Shown here one piece after another: positions 21,901 to 36,900 of a stretch of DNA of 64,000 bases; the first letter of the stretch is position 1; each line of letters opens with the position of its first letter. The DNA is taken from NCBI GenBank assembly GCA_051362555.1, contig CM120645.1:17298001-17362000 (forward strand), given 5' to 3'. Under the pieces are notes generated by a model that saw only the letters and a program-made list of their open reading frames with translations, had not been told where the DNA came from and did not search any database. A program made the position numbers and the translations under genes. The stretch comes from Lingula anatina (taxonomy: Eukaryota > Animalia > Brachiopoda).

Positions 21901-24900
21901 AACCAGCTATTAGCACAAGTACACGCATATCATGCTACAGTGAATCCATCTACTAGTACACGCATGTCTTGGTACAGTGCAACCACCTACTAGTATAAAC
22001 AGTCCATACATATACTTGTAAGATGTGCAGTCTGGATGAACGCTTAAGACGTTCGTGAATTTTATCTTTAAAAAGTTTAGCGATTTTGATGAAGATTATT
22101 ATTTTTACCCAGTCGACATAGTTTTTATATCAGACATTATTTCCAGGCCTATTTAGTTAGTTTCTAATTGATTAAAACTTTATTTGAATGCGTCTGATGC
22201 TTTCACCATTGACCTTTATGTTTATTAAGATTTTCCCGGGTTGAACGAACAAAACCTCGACAGCTGTAAACACATCAAGAAAATATATATCATCCTTAGC
22301 AGTCGGTGTTACGTTTATTTGACACGTAGCTGGATTTGAATTTGAAAGTTACTACCAAACCACAAGCTACCAACTTACAGCGAAGGACGTAGTAGGAAAA
22401 TGAACATGTATTTGAACAAAACGTGCTAACGAGGTCACAATAAAATGCTGATGCTCTTTTGAATATACTGACAGGCAAGGTAGTCGGAAATCATCTTTGA
22501 GGTGAAACATTAAAACCAGTGCGTCAAGATAAACACGCACAAAAGTCGCCCTGCTATGTCAAGCACTTATAAACCTAAGCAGAAACATAAGCTATTATCA
22601 ATGGGCATCAGTGACAGAAGACGTATATCATTAGGTGGTAAGTTATGCTCTCGGGGGCGTATAGTGGGTATTAAGAAGGACGCGATGCAACATAAAATAC
22701 TTAGTTTGTGGATATCGTATCGTCCTCGTCTTGTAAAATACCTTATTTAACTTGGATTAACCTTTAAATATAAACCCGACCACGCGTTTACAATTGAATT
22801 GAAAATAATGCTGTTTTGGAAAGTACCGGTATCTTACTTGCCAAGATATCCTGGAACGAAGTATTGTCATTATAATGCGCATTCCTGTAGTAAAACTGGT
22901 GCACTTTCTGATATTGATGTAAGAAATTGTATATGATGTCGGATGGATAAGGGTCATGTATGATTTATAGCTGATTCCACAAATTTGCTTTTGTGAACCA
23001 GCAATGCATCAGTTGGAGAGTAGTTATGCGACCATTTCACTTTGACGAATGCGTTAGGGTAGACAGAAACACATTTTGTCTTCATGTCACTTGAGGTACA
23101 GTAGTGAGATGAAGAAAAAACTAGGCCAGCCAAGAATCCAATGGGCATACTATATACGGTACGGCACCCGTTAGGTTAAGCTCAGTGTGACAGCCACAAA
23201 GTAAATGCAGAGCGTGGATAGCAGTGCGGGCGGGAAATAGCAGCGTATCTTTATTTACTAATATCAACCTCATATTGGCGATATAGCTGCATGTACTTTC
23301 TGTGTATCCTTAAGTTTTGGCAGAAGTTTGTCAAAGTAGATAGTTTATTAACTTATAGTCTTACGTAAGGGGCGTATTTCACCTTCTTGCGATCAGTCTT
23401 GAGCTCTATCATACTGTACATGTTCACGTTTAGTATTGGCGAAAAGACATTTTATTAAATCAACAGTCAATATGTTAAACCCATACACTGATTTCTTAGG
23501 TCATTTGTACTATGCGTAGAGACAACAGTATATCTTTGGGTTTCTTTCCAATGAGTTAAATCACTAGTTAACAAACATTAATGAGCTTTGGACAAAACGA
23601 AGAAAATTAGCTGCCAAATTTAGCTTACATAATCATAAACAACATCCTGATTAATGGAACCGAAAGCTTGAAGGTGATTAAATAAACGCGATGATCAATA
23701 TATACAAATTACTTATATTTACCCTTGAGACGGTGTCCGTAAATTAACACAGGTTTGAAATGATCATTGCAGTAGGAATGCATGTATTTGGCCCTTCCGT
23801 TCATTCTCTTGGTTTGTATTCGGCATTGGATCATGTGTCATTATAAGTTTAGCTCCATCTTCCGATCTGTAGATAAGGTCGTTCAGACACTCATATCGGT
23901 CTAACTGCTTTCGTATTAATGCTCTGCATGTACCTAGAAAAATACGCTAATTACTAATACTGGCTTCTGCTAATTGGCAACTGGAAAAGTAATCTTGCCT
24001 TTTTCAATTATCGGTATTTAAAATAGGTTCAGAGAAGTGTTGATTAAAGCTTTGAGGAGTAGTTTCGAAACACTGTATCTACTTGTCCTTTGTGTCTAGG
24101 ACACCACCGGATAGCTGAACGCGCAAGCGGTTGTAATATTGTCTGATTTAAGGTCACTGCAATCGGTAAGTTTCATCAAAACATCTCTCAGGTAGTAGAT
24201 TTGTTTGCTCCGCAATATTATACACTTTCTGAATATTTGACTATTTAATGTCGTGATGCTGCAGTCTAATAGTGAAAGCAAAAGCCTTATTTCGCTTTGT
24301 TTTTACCTAAGGAACACCGTTGTAATGCAATACCTACCTTATATTTTAAGGAAATGAAATATGTATTTTATGATATATATATGTATACATTGGTTGAGTA
24401 GGCCTTTATCATTATGAAATCCTCCACACTAACTGTATAAGTGGCGCGTGTCGTATTTCACCCTAAGACATTGATTGGCTTATAAATACAAACCGAGGCC
24501 TGAATGGTTCGTATATCTCTCTTTATCAACAACGCTGTTGCACAATTCAAGGATTCTGCTTTTCAGATTAAACCAATACAGTTCTCCAGGGAAAAACAAC
24601 AGTTTCAAGCATCAGATTTTAAAATTTAACAGAATTTTAAATGAGGATTTCAGTCATTGATGGTAACCACTGATATCATGTTCCCTGGAACAATCTTTAT
24701 TGGTACGTAACAGCCGGTACAATACGAATGTTTGAGGATCAAATATCGACATAGGGTTTGTCGGTGAATTTGCATATATACACATTCTTTACGAAATAAA
24801 ATGTGACACGAACGCCTAAAAGGAACCATGATGGTGCCAATGGAAAGATACGGATTTTGTGACTTAAGTTCGCCTCCCTGTTCTCCAGTCAGTGTAAAGG

Positions 24901-27900
24901 AGTACATAGAACGTGTGATGGTCAATGAGCACTGGTCTTGCTGGAGAGAGCTACTGATGGAGAGGTTGCAGATGGAGGTATGGTTCTGATTCACACACAC
25001 ACACGTACACGCACACGCACACGCACGTGGTGTAGTATTTAAATAATTAGGAACAATTGAAATTTGCGTTTTTTTTTAATTAATCTTAATTTTCAAATGT
25101 TTTAAAAGCACATAAGCGCGCTTTTGAAAAATATTAGCAAGATGCAACCATGGTGTTTTTTAATATTGCAGGATTTATATTTAGACTTTGTGGACGATTT
25201 TAGATCAAATATTGGAATTGTTTGAAACTAATGATCAATATTTACCTAAAAAGACAAACACTTCCATAACAGCACTGTGTAAGACGAGCAAACAGCAGTA
25301 ATGATAACTTATGAAATGATTTGAGACTGCAGTAGAGTAATTACGAAGACAGAAAGTGAATGTGACATGTTATAAATGCGGTTAATATATTGTTTAACAG
25401 TCCACTGGTACTTAATGCCACATTTTCTATACTTGGCAAAGTAAATTGATTTGTGAAGTATATGCTGAATTTGATTTTGAAATGATTATAATTTTAAAAA
25501 TGCCTCCGCGTTCCACTTGGCTTGGGAATGAATAGGGTTGCTGTTCACGTATCTGCACCTCATACATTAGCAGTATTAATAAAGATCATATGTCAGTGTA
25601 CGAAGCACCTGCGTCATAATTATCGGGAAAAAATCCATTTCACCTGTTGCGATTATAGCGTTTATGTATGAGATGTAACTAGACTCAAGGTAACTGTCTG
25701 CGAGTCTGATATCGTCACGTCCACCTATGACGAGGATTAATTGATGTAAGGCAAGCTAAGTGCCGTTATTTCAATCTAGGACACGATAGTTGTTTCATCT
25801 GTCATTTAATCCTGAGTTTTTCCTGAAACTGTGGAGATATTCGCCAAAAGGATATATCATCAGAGACATAAACTTATACTGAAGCACTGAAAGTACTTTT
25901 CATTCTATTTTTCAGCTTACATACATCATAAATTAAACGTTCAATTGCCCAGCCTATTCGGTGTTTCAAATAATGGCAGATCGCATTGAATTTTTGTGGA
26001 ATTTCTCCTCGGCTAAATCAACTTTGGTATTTCAGTGCAAGATGACATGTGCCTTGTTATTATTACAGGCAGATTGTAGATGTGTCCGAATACATTTCAG
26101 TTTAATAATTAATCGCTTTGGTCTCTTCACTGATGCCCGCACATGGCTATATGGTTGTTGATGGATGTGCTGCTTTTGTATGATCGATTTGTTGGTGTTT
26201 TTTTAATTAGTTGCGAGAAGGTAGCATCATATCTGTGCAGGAAAATGCCCTCGAATAATGGCGTTTGGATGGATATACATTGTATATTATAGGGAAAGTA
26301 AATAAGTTATCTTCCTGCCGTTCAGTAAAGTTAATTAATTAGGCGCGTTGAACGGGGAGGCTCCATTTTATAAGTATATTATCCGGGCTATTAAGTTGTC
26401 TTTCTCTCAAAGTGTAACTTGCTTCAGTAAAAGGGTCTTAGAGCACCATGCATCCCAAAACTCGATGTTTTTTGTTTTATAGGAAGCAATTTTAATGTTT
26501 TAAGAAAGCAGTATAGTCATTCAACGGCAATTAATCCCAGAAAGCTTAATTTTGACAAACATATTTCCACTAAATCAATGTCAGATATTTTACATCATTT
26601 GCAAATTGTTTTCCGAGGAACTGAGAAAGAATATTAGGTCGTTGTGGTTTTAACCTATTAACTTGATTTATTTCGATGCTCTACCGGGAAGTGACAAACC
26701 CTTGTCTCTCGGAATGAAGATATATCGGTCTCTGTAGAGGGTGTGCATTGACGGATGTATCAAATAGAAGGGGTGCTGAGATTAGTGCTTCTGTTAAACA
26801 GCCATACACAAATATATGCTGTATTTGATGAGTAACAAAACTCCAATGTGTAAAAACATCACTGCAAACGGCAAAACTATATGTGAAGCGATCAGATGAA
26901 AACATTCATGCCCCCCCCCAAAAAAAAAAGCAATAAAAGTTTTGTCTTAATTTTTTCTAAGCTCAGTTATAATAACCGCAACTAACGGCTTGTTTTTTTT
27001 TCATATATGGTACAAAAAACATTTTGATTAAACACTGTAGTACGTTTCTTGAGATTAGGCATGATACCTTTCAGAGCTTTGTATGGAGCAGATGTAGGAC
27101 TTGACATTAAAAGTTAATATATTGAGGTCATGTTTCAATTCTGTAAAGGTTTGGTATTAAGGGCAGTATTTCATCAGCTTTAACTTGAAGCGTGTTCATG
27201 AGATCGACTTAACCCTACATTCTGACGTTGATACATGTACACCATGTGCTTTTAAGTTGGTTTACCTTTGTTGAAATGTGGATTGTCGTAATATTCCCGG
27301 GATAAAAGACTCCCAACATTTGATTGAACCTGATTCCTTGACAGTGACACAGTTACTGCAAGTGATAGAAGAACACACATTTCATCTGCAGGAGGATCAC
27401 GATGGAAAATCGACCCACTTAGTTTCGTTTGTCAATCATCATGATTGATGTGTTTACAGTTTCCTGAAACTGCAGATCAACAAAGCACTTAATATTCCGG
27501 CGTTTATCTAGTGCTTAAATTTGAAGGCGCGTATGTGTGATGTTCATTCACTGACGAAGTGGAATGTTTAGTTCAATCTTGTTTTATAGCCATGGAGTCC
27601 TTTTTCAATTCACATTTAGATTAACGCATCTATGATGTATTCCTTGAACTGGTACAAGACCTGCATGTATTGGGATATTAGGACGGTTCTTCCGTTGACA
27701 GTGCACATAACTGAATTCGTAGACTTAAAAAGCCTAAAATATGGAATATTACTGTATAATGGAACATTTTCCAAAGACGTGCTTAAATGATAACGAGGCA
27801 AATTTGATTACGAACGTCTCAATCTCCAAAACAAGCATTCTCCCTGCATTTATTTGTACCGTATACAACATCACACATTCAGTAATAGGACAGTGATATA

Positions 27901-30900
27901 TTGCCACAAGCCTCCCTGTTCACTATGAGGTTTCCAGTAAACGTTAGGAACGCCAAGGTTAAAACCAAGGGCAATATGATCAGAGGCAATTAAGAGGAGG
28001 TATACAGGTAGAGCGTTGATAATAATGGAAAGGTTGCCCTTCTGTTGATAATTTTTCGGTTTACCTTGGCTAATAACTCTGTTATCGAAAATCAATTCCT
28101 ATTGATTAAAATTATCCATAATAAAAAGATCTCCTGAAAAAATTGAGGTGGTTGACTGTTGACTGAGAGCTACAGTAAATGATAATAATAACATAATTAA
28201 TATATTGCTGCTGTATTTGTTCCTGATTATGAATGAAAACACTTTAAGATTATATATTTTCTTTACAAGCATTCTAAAATTTCATAGTTAATGTAAAATG
28301 AGCCATTTAAAATAAAAAAGAAGGCAAACCACACAGAGCCAACCTGTTGGTGTTTAGAAAATAAGTAAATAAAAGTAGTAAAAATAGTGTAGTGCTCTCG
28401 ATCTAGACTACATTAAAAGTAAAACTGAACAAGATTATACAGTATTTTTCATAACCCTGTTGCAAAAAAAAAGTGAAGCATTTTGCATATATTCGATTTT
28501 CACTTACGACTTGACTTGTTTTTCTTTTCGTACTACAGCTCATACACAAGAGAAGAAACCATATCCCTAGCAAAAAAACAATTTATAATTATGTTTCGCA
28601 GATGACTCCTGCGAAGTCTTAGAAATCTACATTTCGAATACCACAAAGCAGCAGGTACAAAATAAGAAATGGCCGTTATTCCTACATTTAATATTTATTT
28701 CTCAGTGTACGTTCCTGGGCTTCCGAACGGCCGTAGCACCAAAACATCCACACGAAGTCGCATAATAGAGGTGAGGTAACCCATAGTGACATTGTGGTAG
28801 ATTGTTTATGGCCAGAAACAAGACAAGGGCAATAACATTTCTCAGAAAACATCTGGATCTCAGAAAGCAACAAACCTGATTAGTGACATACAGTACGTCC
28901 AAAAGTAAATAATATTTCGGCAATCTTTTTTTTTGTTATAATTATGAACTGTTTACCGGTTGTATTGTGATTAGGACAAACCGTTAGGCTGTACATGCCT
29001 AATAAAAAATGCCAACTGTAAATATACATCTAAATTGAAGGACAATACTTTTATAACATATCTGTCTTAGCAGAATGGTGGAACAAGGGAAAGAGGTTAA
29101 AGTGAAGATATGTGGAACGGGAAAGGTGTCACCTGAGACGGGTCTTGCTCTTCTCCATCTATAAAAAACCTCCCTTACATCAAAAATAGGGATATCCATA
29201 ATCAAGCTGATATTCATTTTGTTGCATGTAAATAGTGATCAATGCATCTGTCGGTCCTATAAATGCCCATGGTCCAAGAGGCACCTGACCTCCCTTCGGG
29301 GCCATGTTGAATGACTGAATAAATCCAAAACTAGAAAATTAAAATTGTGCAAAATATTATGATTGAAAAAGAATCTAATGAGCTGAAGCACGTACAAATG
29401 TAATTATTTCATGAAAACACCCGGGTCCGCGTCTGCATAACACCGGGTTATCTATAATGAGGCTAGGATGAAGATTAAAACGCAATAAATGTTTGACGGT
29501 GTAAATAGTGCAAGTGTTGTTTTCCCTATCCACGTTTCGACCAGGACGTGGAAGTACTGCCTACGATCGGATATAGTTTTAGGCTGAGGTAAATCAGCTT
29601 GCCTGTTTGGTTCGACACTGGATATATTTGGTCTTGACCAATTTTTGAATATAGCAGTGGTAGTACGTGGTGATAATTTGACTGAAGAGTGACTCCTATT
29701 TCTCTCCATTTTGTGAGTATAATGTCACACACAAACATACACACACACACATTAAATTAATTAGTAAAGAAAATATGTGTGCCATGCGTTTGTCTTCAAA
29801 AATAGTGTTATTACCATGACCACCGCTACTACTACTCGCTTACTTTTAATAAAATGAGAAAAAATGTTAAATGGACCTACCCGTATATGTTGAGAATGAG
29901 TGTTGGACAATCTTTAAGGTCAGATGTTCGATATGAAATAATTCTTTTAAATTTCAAAATTTAAAAGTATCGTATAAATATAGTATATTTTACCAAAAGA
30001 TACCAGGAAATAGTGTTGTGGTCGCGATCTAGACTACATTAAAAGTAAAACTGAACAAGATTGTTGGTACATGCCCAGGAGGCGATGACGCCTCTCTGAT
30101 CCCCGGACTGATATCCTGGATCCGCCCTTGACGTATATATGTCTGCTGTTATTAGTTGTAACTCAAAGTTTTGGATTTCATTCAAGAATGCTACGTGTTG
30201 TTACTTGCTTGACGAGGTAAAAAAAAATATTGTTTTATGAAATGCAAAACTACGGTGCTCCGGGCGTGATGACTAGATGCCCGATTTACATCCTCATCTT
30301 GGTTAATGTGAGTAATGGAGGACCAAACTCAGAATCCACGTAACTATGTAGTATATCTAATGGAGTCAGATGCTTACAGTGATGCATACTCTTTAATGTT
30401 TTGCCGCTACCTTTCTTGATGAGAAGGGGAATTTAAATTGATTTGCAACACTTCTCAGTTTAACGTTTGTATCATCCTACAGTAGAAAGGAAAATATATG
30501 CTTGATTTAAACCCCAAGACTATTCTGGTGCGGTAGCTTCATGTTGAACTTTGATGATCAAATATAACGTCAGAAAATAGATTAGTTGATCACCGGATGT
30601 TTTGTATCAGTCATGGACAGGTCAAGCAAAATGACGCTCTTGATGAATTTTCACTTAAAGGGATAACAACTGTTCGCAAGATATCAATATTTCACTATTG
30701 GTCAATACACTGCAAACAACTGACAGAAATAAAATCAAATCTATTTTACCACCAAAACAGCAGTTAACGCATTTATTTTGGAATTTGTGCTTGCCATCAC
30801 ATCACGTGACCTCCATAGATGGCTACACTATGTAATAATCTCTTAAGAGAATATTACAAGAAACCAATCTTTTTAGAAAAAAAACAGGGACTAACTTGGA

Positions 30901-33900
30901 ATGTGGGAATGGATTCATTAACCATTGGGAAGTATGGGGACATTTTCCTTTACCCCAGGAAAATTAATTTTTTGTCCAAAATGAACAGTTATATACCAAG
31001 CTCTTGCAGTATACATACATGCAATACTTATCATTGTCATGACGGGGCAAAATGGAGTTCGAATTAAAGGGTAGAGTTTTGTATAATTTCTTTACTTCCC
31101 ACACTCAAGTATGGAATATATGGCACACCCATACTGGCATACTGCTCAAGCTTTCTCTTGCCCTCCAGAGTGGGAGAGCTTTTATCTTATTAAAATAATA
31201 AAAAAAAAAATAGGCCCATCGATCTCTATAGCCACCAAACGTGAATGCACGGACCAAAGATAGAGCAAATCACATTTTTTCCATTTCCATGTAGCATAAC
31301 GGTTACTGCGTTCGGCTGCCTGCGGTGTTTACTGGACAGTGGTATCGGTGTAACGAAACTGAGGGTCCGTGTAACAGAAAGTTCGCCCTCCATATAGTTA
31401 AAATGGTTAGGGTTAGTCTGACCTAAGTGGGTCAAAATCTAGGGCGAGGCTTACCTGTACAAATGAATGGGAGGTAGACTCTGTAATGGGGGAATCCCTG
31501 ACACGTTACACCGCAAGGACTGCACGCAGCTGCTGTTGCTGGTTACCGTTGATTTCAGGTGTTATCTTAGTGTTATCATCGCGGTTAACGATAGTATTAT
31601 AGCTAATGTGTTCGCAGTGTAGAACTGGCCAAATATTATTGTGAACCGCGTAAAATCTATCACTCTCCAATAATTAAGGTCACTTAAGTCATTAGGTACC
31701 GGGTAACATTTATCTATGCAATTGCTTAGTTCTTTTGGCAGTTTGTAACAAATGTTAAACATAATCGGTCTTTCACAAGTCGGTCATTTTGTAAAGATTG
31801 ATGTTTTGTTTTGTTCTTTTCAGTCATCACGTTCAAGCAGTGCTGCGACGTCAGAAGAAAGTGATGAAGGTGACGAAACACGAAATGCGCACGAAACACC
31901 CTTGCCAATTCTCCGACGCGGCAGACGGGCGGCGATTTTTGAAACTCAGGTTAGAGACGACGATTGATTAGAACGGCAAATTGTGGGATAACTGATGCCA
32001 TATCCTGAAGTGATTTAGTTAGTAAATGAGAATGCAGACATTCATTTCCTTCAAAATAGCAAGTGATAATTGAAGAATGACAGATTGCCATTTTTCTTTC
32101 ATTTCAGGAAATTGGGGACACATCCCCATACATATCGCCTGCAGAAGAATATACAGATGACGAAGACGAAAGGTACCTAATTTTTTTCTGCTTTAAAATA
32201 CAAACTCATATTTTATATATATTATTCATTTTCTTTGTATGTTTGCCCCGATAAATCCGTATTATGGCATTTAATTAGTAAGTAATTCACGAACATGAGA
32301 CATCTTTTTAAAGCAAATCTCTCTATTCCATTTCCTATCCACCTGCAGTAGTTAACATTTTGAAATAACACAAAGGATGTCTCTTCCTTCATCTGTACAC
32401 GTGAACAGCACTGCTGGCCTTTTTTATGTACGGGCATATCGTGCACTTTCAAAGATAACACCATAAGTCTCGACCTGTTTTTTTAACTTGCAGAATTGAT
32501 GAGAATTCATAAATACAGGTCGAGTTCGAAAATTAGCATAATAAAACATTTTTTTAAAAGGGAAACTGTTTTTATCAAATATTGTACTATATAATGCAAA
32601 TAACACATTTCAAGGAAAACCAATGGGCCTATTGTCTTCAAACTTACAGGACTGCTCAATTTTACTAAAATACAGGTCGAGTTTGAACATAAGCTTGATA
32701 GGCCATTTTTCCAACAGTTTCGCTTTTTTTTCTTGAAAATAGATGTTTGACCAAAAGTCATGTGGATATTTCGAATGTGACCATATATTTGACCTTTGCC
32801 CTATATTTCAAGGTAAAAATGGGCCTAAACTTTGTGAAAATTTAAATTTTCTGTGGAAAAATATTAGTTTTTGCTGGTTTGCTTTTACACTGTGGTGAGA
32901 AGTTACACTTAGGGTCTCTTTTCATCATCTTGAGTTTGGGGCCAATCGGTGCATTTTCCCGGGAGAAGCAGCCACTACTTGCCGAAAGGTGCCATTTGGT
33001 ACTAGTTTAGAACTATGATTCAGCTGGTCAAAATTCTAATTACAAGAGGGGACCAGAAATCCACTACTGCAGCCCATATATCTCCAAAACTTGCAGAGAT
33101 ACACCCATAGTTTCTGTTAAACTTGAAAAGAAAATCATATATTGGGCGTATTATGTGACCTTGAATTAGACATTTGACCTACTTTTCTACAAAAAATGCA
33201 CAATCTATATTACTAGACCCTATTTCTCCGCAAGTCAAACAGATACATCCATAGCTACCATCTAACTTGGATGAGTTTCCGTGTGAAGCATCATGTAAAA
33301 TTGCATCAAATTTGACCAAATAACCTATTTTGTATATAAGTATTTGCTTTTATGTCTGTAAATTGTACAGCTTTGTTGCTTGTATTGTGTTATGTCCGAA
33401 AATATCTCGAATAATGAACTGATTAAATCAAGTCAGAATGTAACTTAATAATAGTCTTTTCCGTTGCTGCCGATTTGAATATGACAGGGAAATAATGGGT
33501 ACATTTCTTCTTTCAAAATCCACACTTAAGTTAATCCCATGACGACGACAAAAGGTTGATAAATTAAAAAAAAACTGTGGATCTAAGATAACTGCATTTT
33601 AAAAATTGATTAAACAAGAAGTCGTCAAATGTTCAAGATGGTAATTTACCAGAAGGGACATTCTAAGGAGCCACATAATTTTAATTTGCTGTTTGCATGG
33701 CGTTGTTTCGACAAGGTAGTATTGTGACGTAGAAATGAGATTGTATGCCCCTTTGGTTGTTCTGCTTTACTTTCTGGCCCCAAACAGAAGACACACGTGT
33801 AACTCAAATCGAATCTTAACCGATAACCCCAGGGTATTGCACTTTTCCAATGGTTTCCCATTATCGAAAAGGCAAAAGACATATTTTCTTAGTTTAGTGT

Positions 33901-36900
33901 ATATCCGAGAGATGCATTATCTTACCCTCCTGTCATTGAAGTAGCACCGCCCAATACGGAAAGTTAAAATGGTTTGAATCTAATAGACCCTCTGACAAAT
34001 TCAGATTGGATTTTGCATGGAAAAGTAAGTGCTGGCTTCTAGAATGTGTCGATCACTGTTCTAGCCCTTTCCCAAGTCTAGAATTAACTGACAATCATTA
34101 AGTAAGATCACATTCAGAATCTGTATTTCTTCGACATGCTTTGGAACGTAATCTGTTCTGTAAGCCTTATTTCTTGCATAAATGCATAGTCTACAGAGTA
34201 GACGGGCCATGCACTTTTAATTTAGTCAACTTAGTTCAGAAATAAAATGAACATCAACCCCAGATATTTGTATTATTTAACTTACGAAAGTGCAGATGAT
34301 CTTATCTCTAGAGTATGTCACTTTATATACCCAGTGTGATTTTCTATTATCGTTTAAAAGTTTAATATAGTGACTTGGATTTCAACAACCATTATAAGTA
34401 ATATTGTATAACTGTAATTTTAAGTAGGTCCTGAAACACAGCCCTCATAGTAGTCACCGTCCAGCAGAATAAATCATCAGACAAGCACATAATAGAGAGT
34501 GAATTAAAAGTGCAATGATTAAAAGACAGACATGTTACAATAAACCTGAATAGGAAATATATTTAAATCAAGAAAGATAACCTTTGACATCCTTTTGGTT
34601 TAATGACCCTTAATTATCTTTCTGATTATTTTGTTTTTATTTTTTTATTTATTTTATTTATTTATTTATTTTTTACGGAGATGAAACATCATATTGCGGA
34701 TTCGATATTGATTCTGATGTGCGAGTAACGAAATCGGAAGAAGGGCGGCTATTTATAGATTAATCAGGTTATTATGTGAACGTTTTGTATCTACTTTTAA
34801 TGGAGACAACTGCAGATAGAGATGTATCATTTCATTTACCCCGCCATTCTTTAAGAAGACGGTCTAGCATATGTTTATATACTATCATTGGGCAGGGATG
34901 GTTGATAAATTATGCAGGTATGTGTGAGGACAAATACTGTACGAGATCAAATCTAAATAACATCAAGGACAAAAAGATTTAATGTTGTTACAGTCCCTTT
35001 CCTTACTAGCACTATGGCGCCGTCTCTGTGTCTTGCAGTTGCAATCTTAGAGAGACGAGCAAAGAATTATCTAATGAACCGTCGTGTCTGTTTGGCGTCT
35101 GCTAGAGCTACACTGTACGATAATCAAGCCTTTATACATGATAACGTCTAATACCGACAGCTTTGACGTCAGAAGTGCTGTTTTACTTATCATCTCATGT
35201 TGAACAGAAATTTGTGACTTTGGATTGATAGAAGGTGATTTCTGTGGACGCTTTACGGAATTTCCACCTCATTTTTTTCTCAAAGAAGATCAATAGAAGC
35301 CACGAAAAGGAACATGTATTCATGATATTTTGTGCAATGCAAAACTTACGTGTAATTAGCTGGAGGGCCATGAGCTTTAAACCTTCACAGGCGGAATTAC
35401 CTCACATATCTGTAATAACTGTAATATAAAACAAAAGAAGCCACACATGTGCATGGCCAATTTTAAACTATAGAAACTATTTCGTGGTATTTATTAAATA
35501 GTGACCCATATTACAATTGTCGGTTATGAAACTGTTATCTTTATGAATGTAATTATTGACTTAACAATTTCCTAAAATCACGATGAAAGTATTCACAATC
35601 TGTTTTTAGGTGGGATGTAAAGTTGTTTTTTCAATGTAAAGTGTTTTCGTTTTATTCCAAGTCTCTGTTCCTAATGAACAGTAGCCTATCAGTCTCTCCG
35701 AAATCGACCCTTCTTTAATCCGGGCGAAAAGATTGGATACTCATATCACAAACGTCGTTAACCCATTGCCCTACATGACAGGCACGGAAATCACGTGTTC
35801 AGAACGAACAAACTGCCAGCACCTTTAACTGACGAAAATACTTGAGTAACACTATGGCATAACGTACAGTTCAATGTATTTCAAGAGGAAGTGTTTTTTG
35901 GCTTTCGTTGCCTAGGTTTCATGACAGAAATACAAGCAGAATCGCAGGATATCTATGTAATTGAGCACCTCAATGAAAAAAGCAACCAGTGAACGCAAAA
36001 TTTCTACATCAAAAGTTATTTGGTTTCAATGTAAATAGGGGTTTCTAAAGCAAGTCCATTGGCGGGAGCTGGTGATTATTGGCAGTTCCATTGATTCCAT
36101 CAGCTCTCACTGCAAGGAACACATACTTGTGATCAAGGCGAGATCAGTCTTCATTCCAGGCTTAAGAAAGGCACTGTTTGCTGGATTGTCAGTGTTCTAT
36201 TAGCTCGGATTTGTCTCACTGTAACGCATCAGCATCTTACTTCGAATTTTTTGCCATGTTTTGCAGCCCGTCGTTACGACGTCGTAGACGCAGTTCTTTG
36301 GGGGATCTGCCTTCAGACACGGCTGAGGGAGCACCAAAGTCTCCGCCTTCAACTAACCACGCCGAACATCGGAGACATAGGAAGAAGGTGTTAACAAAGA
36401 GAAACACGATTGCCGATTTTGGGTTACCACGATCCCAGAGCGGTTCGACGCAGAGTCTAAATCAAAATGAAGGTATTTATCACATCCGTCTTTGAAGGAC
36501 AATTATATTAATTTGTCTTTGTGTGTCCCATTGGTGTTAAAACTGGTATATATGAAATGTTCATCTTAAATATTTAAATATGTTTTGAATAATACAGTTC
36601 GACCAGATGTCACTGCCATGTTTTACTCCCCTCACCTTAGAGAAGCGAAAACATCTTAGAGCTCTTTCAGCACAGCGGACTAACAGATCTGCAGATCAAA
36701 TATGGCCACACATTTAAAGGCTTGCCGCTTAGTTCCCGATAAATAGATTCCCCGCGGGGATCACGCCAAAAGCATGGAAGTGGGTCGGCCATATTTTATC
36801 CGCGTGTCTGTTAGTTCTCTGTTCTGAATGCGCGCTTGCATAGCGCCTGTATAAGAACATTGTTGAATACCACATCCATCATACCGCACGTCATGGGATG

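Noticed and set aside
34800-34917. Possible extra first exon (METTADRDVS...RRRSS...; CAG|GTATGT)
   Set aside because: Ends in phase 1 while the next exon (36267) needs phase 2; no other support.
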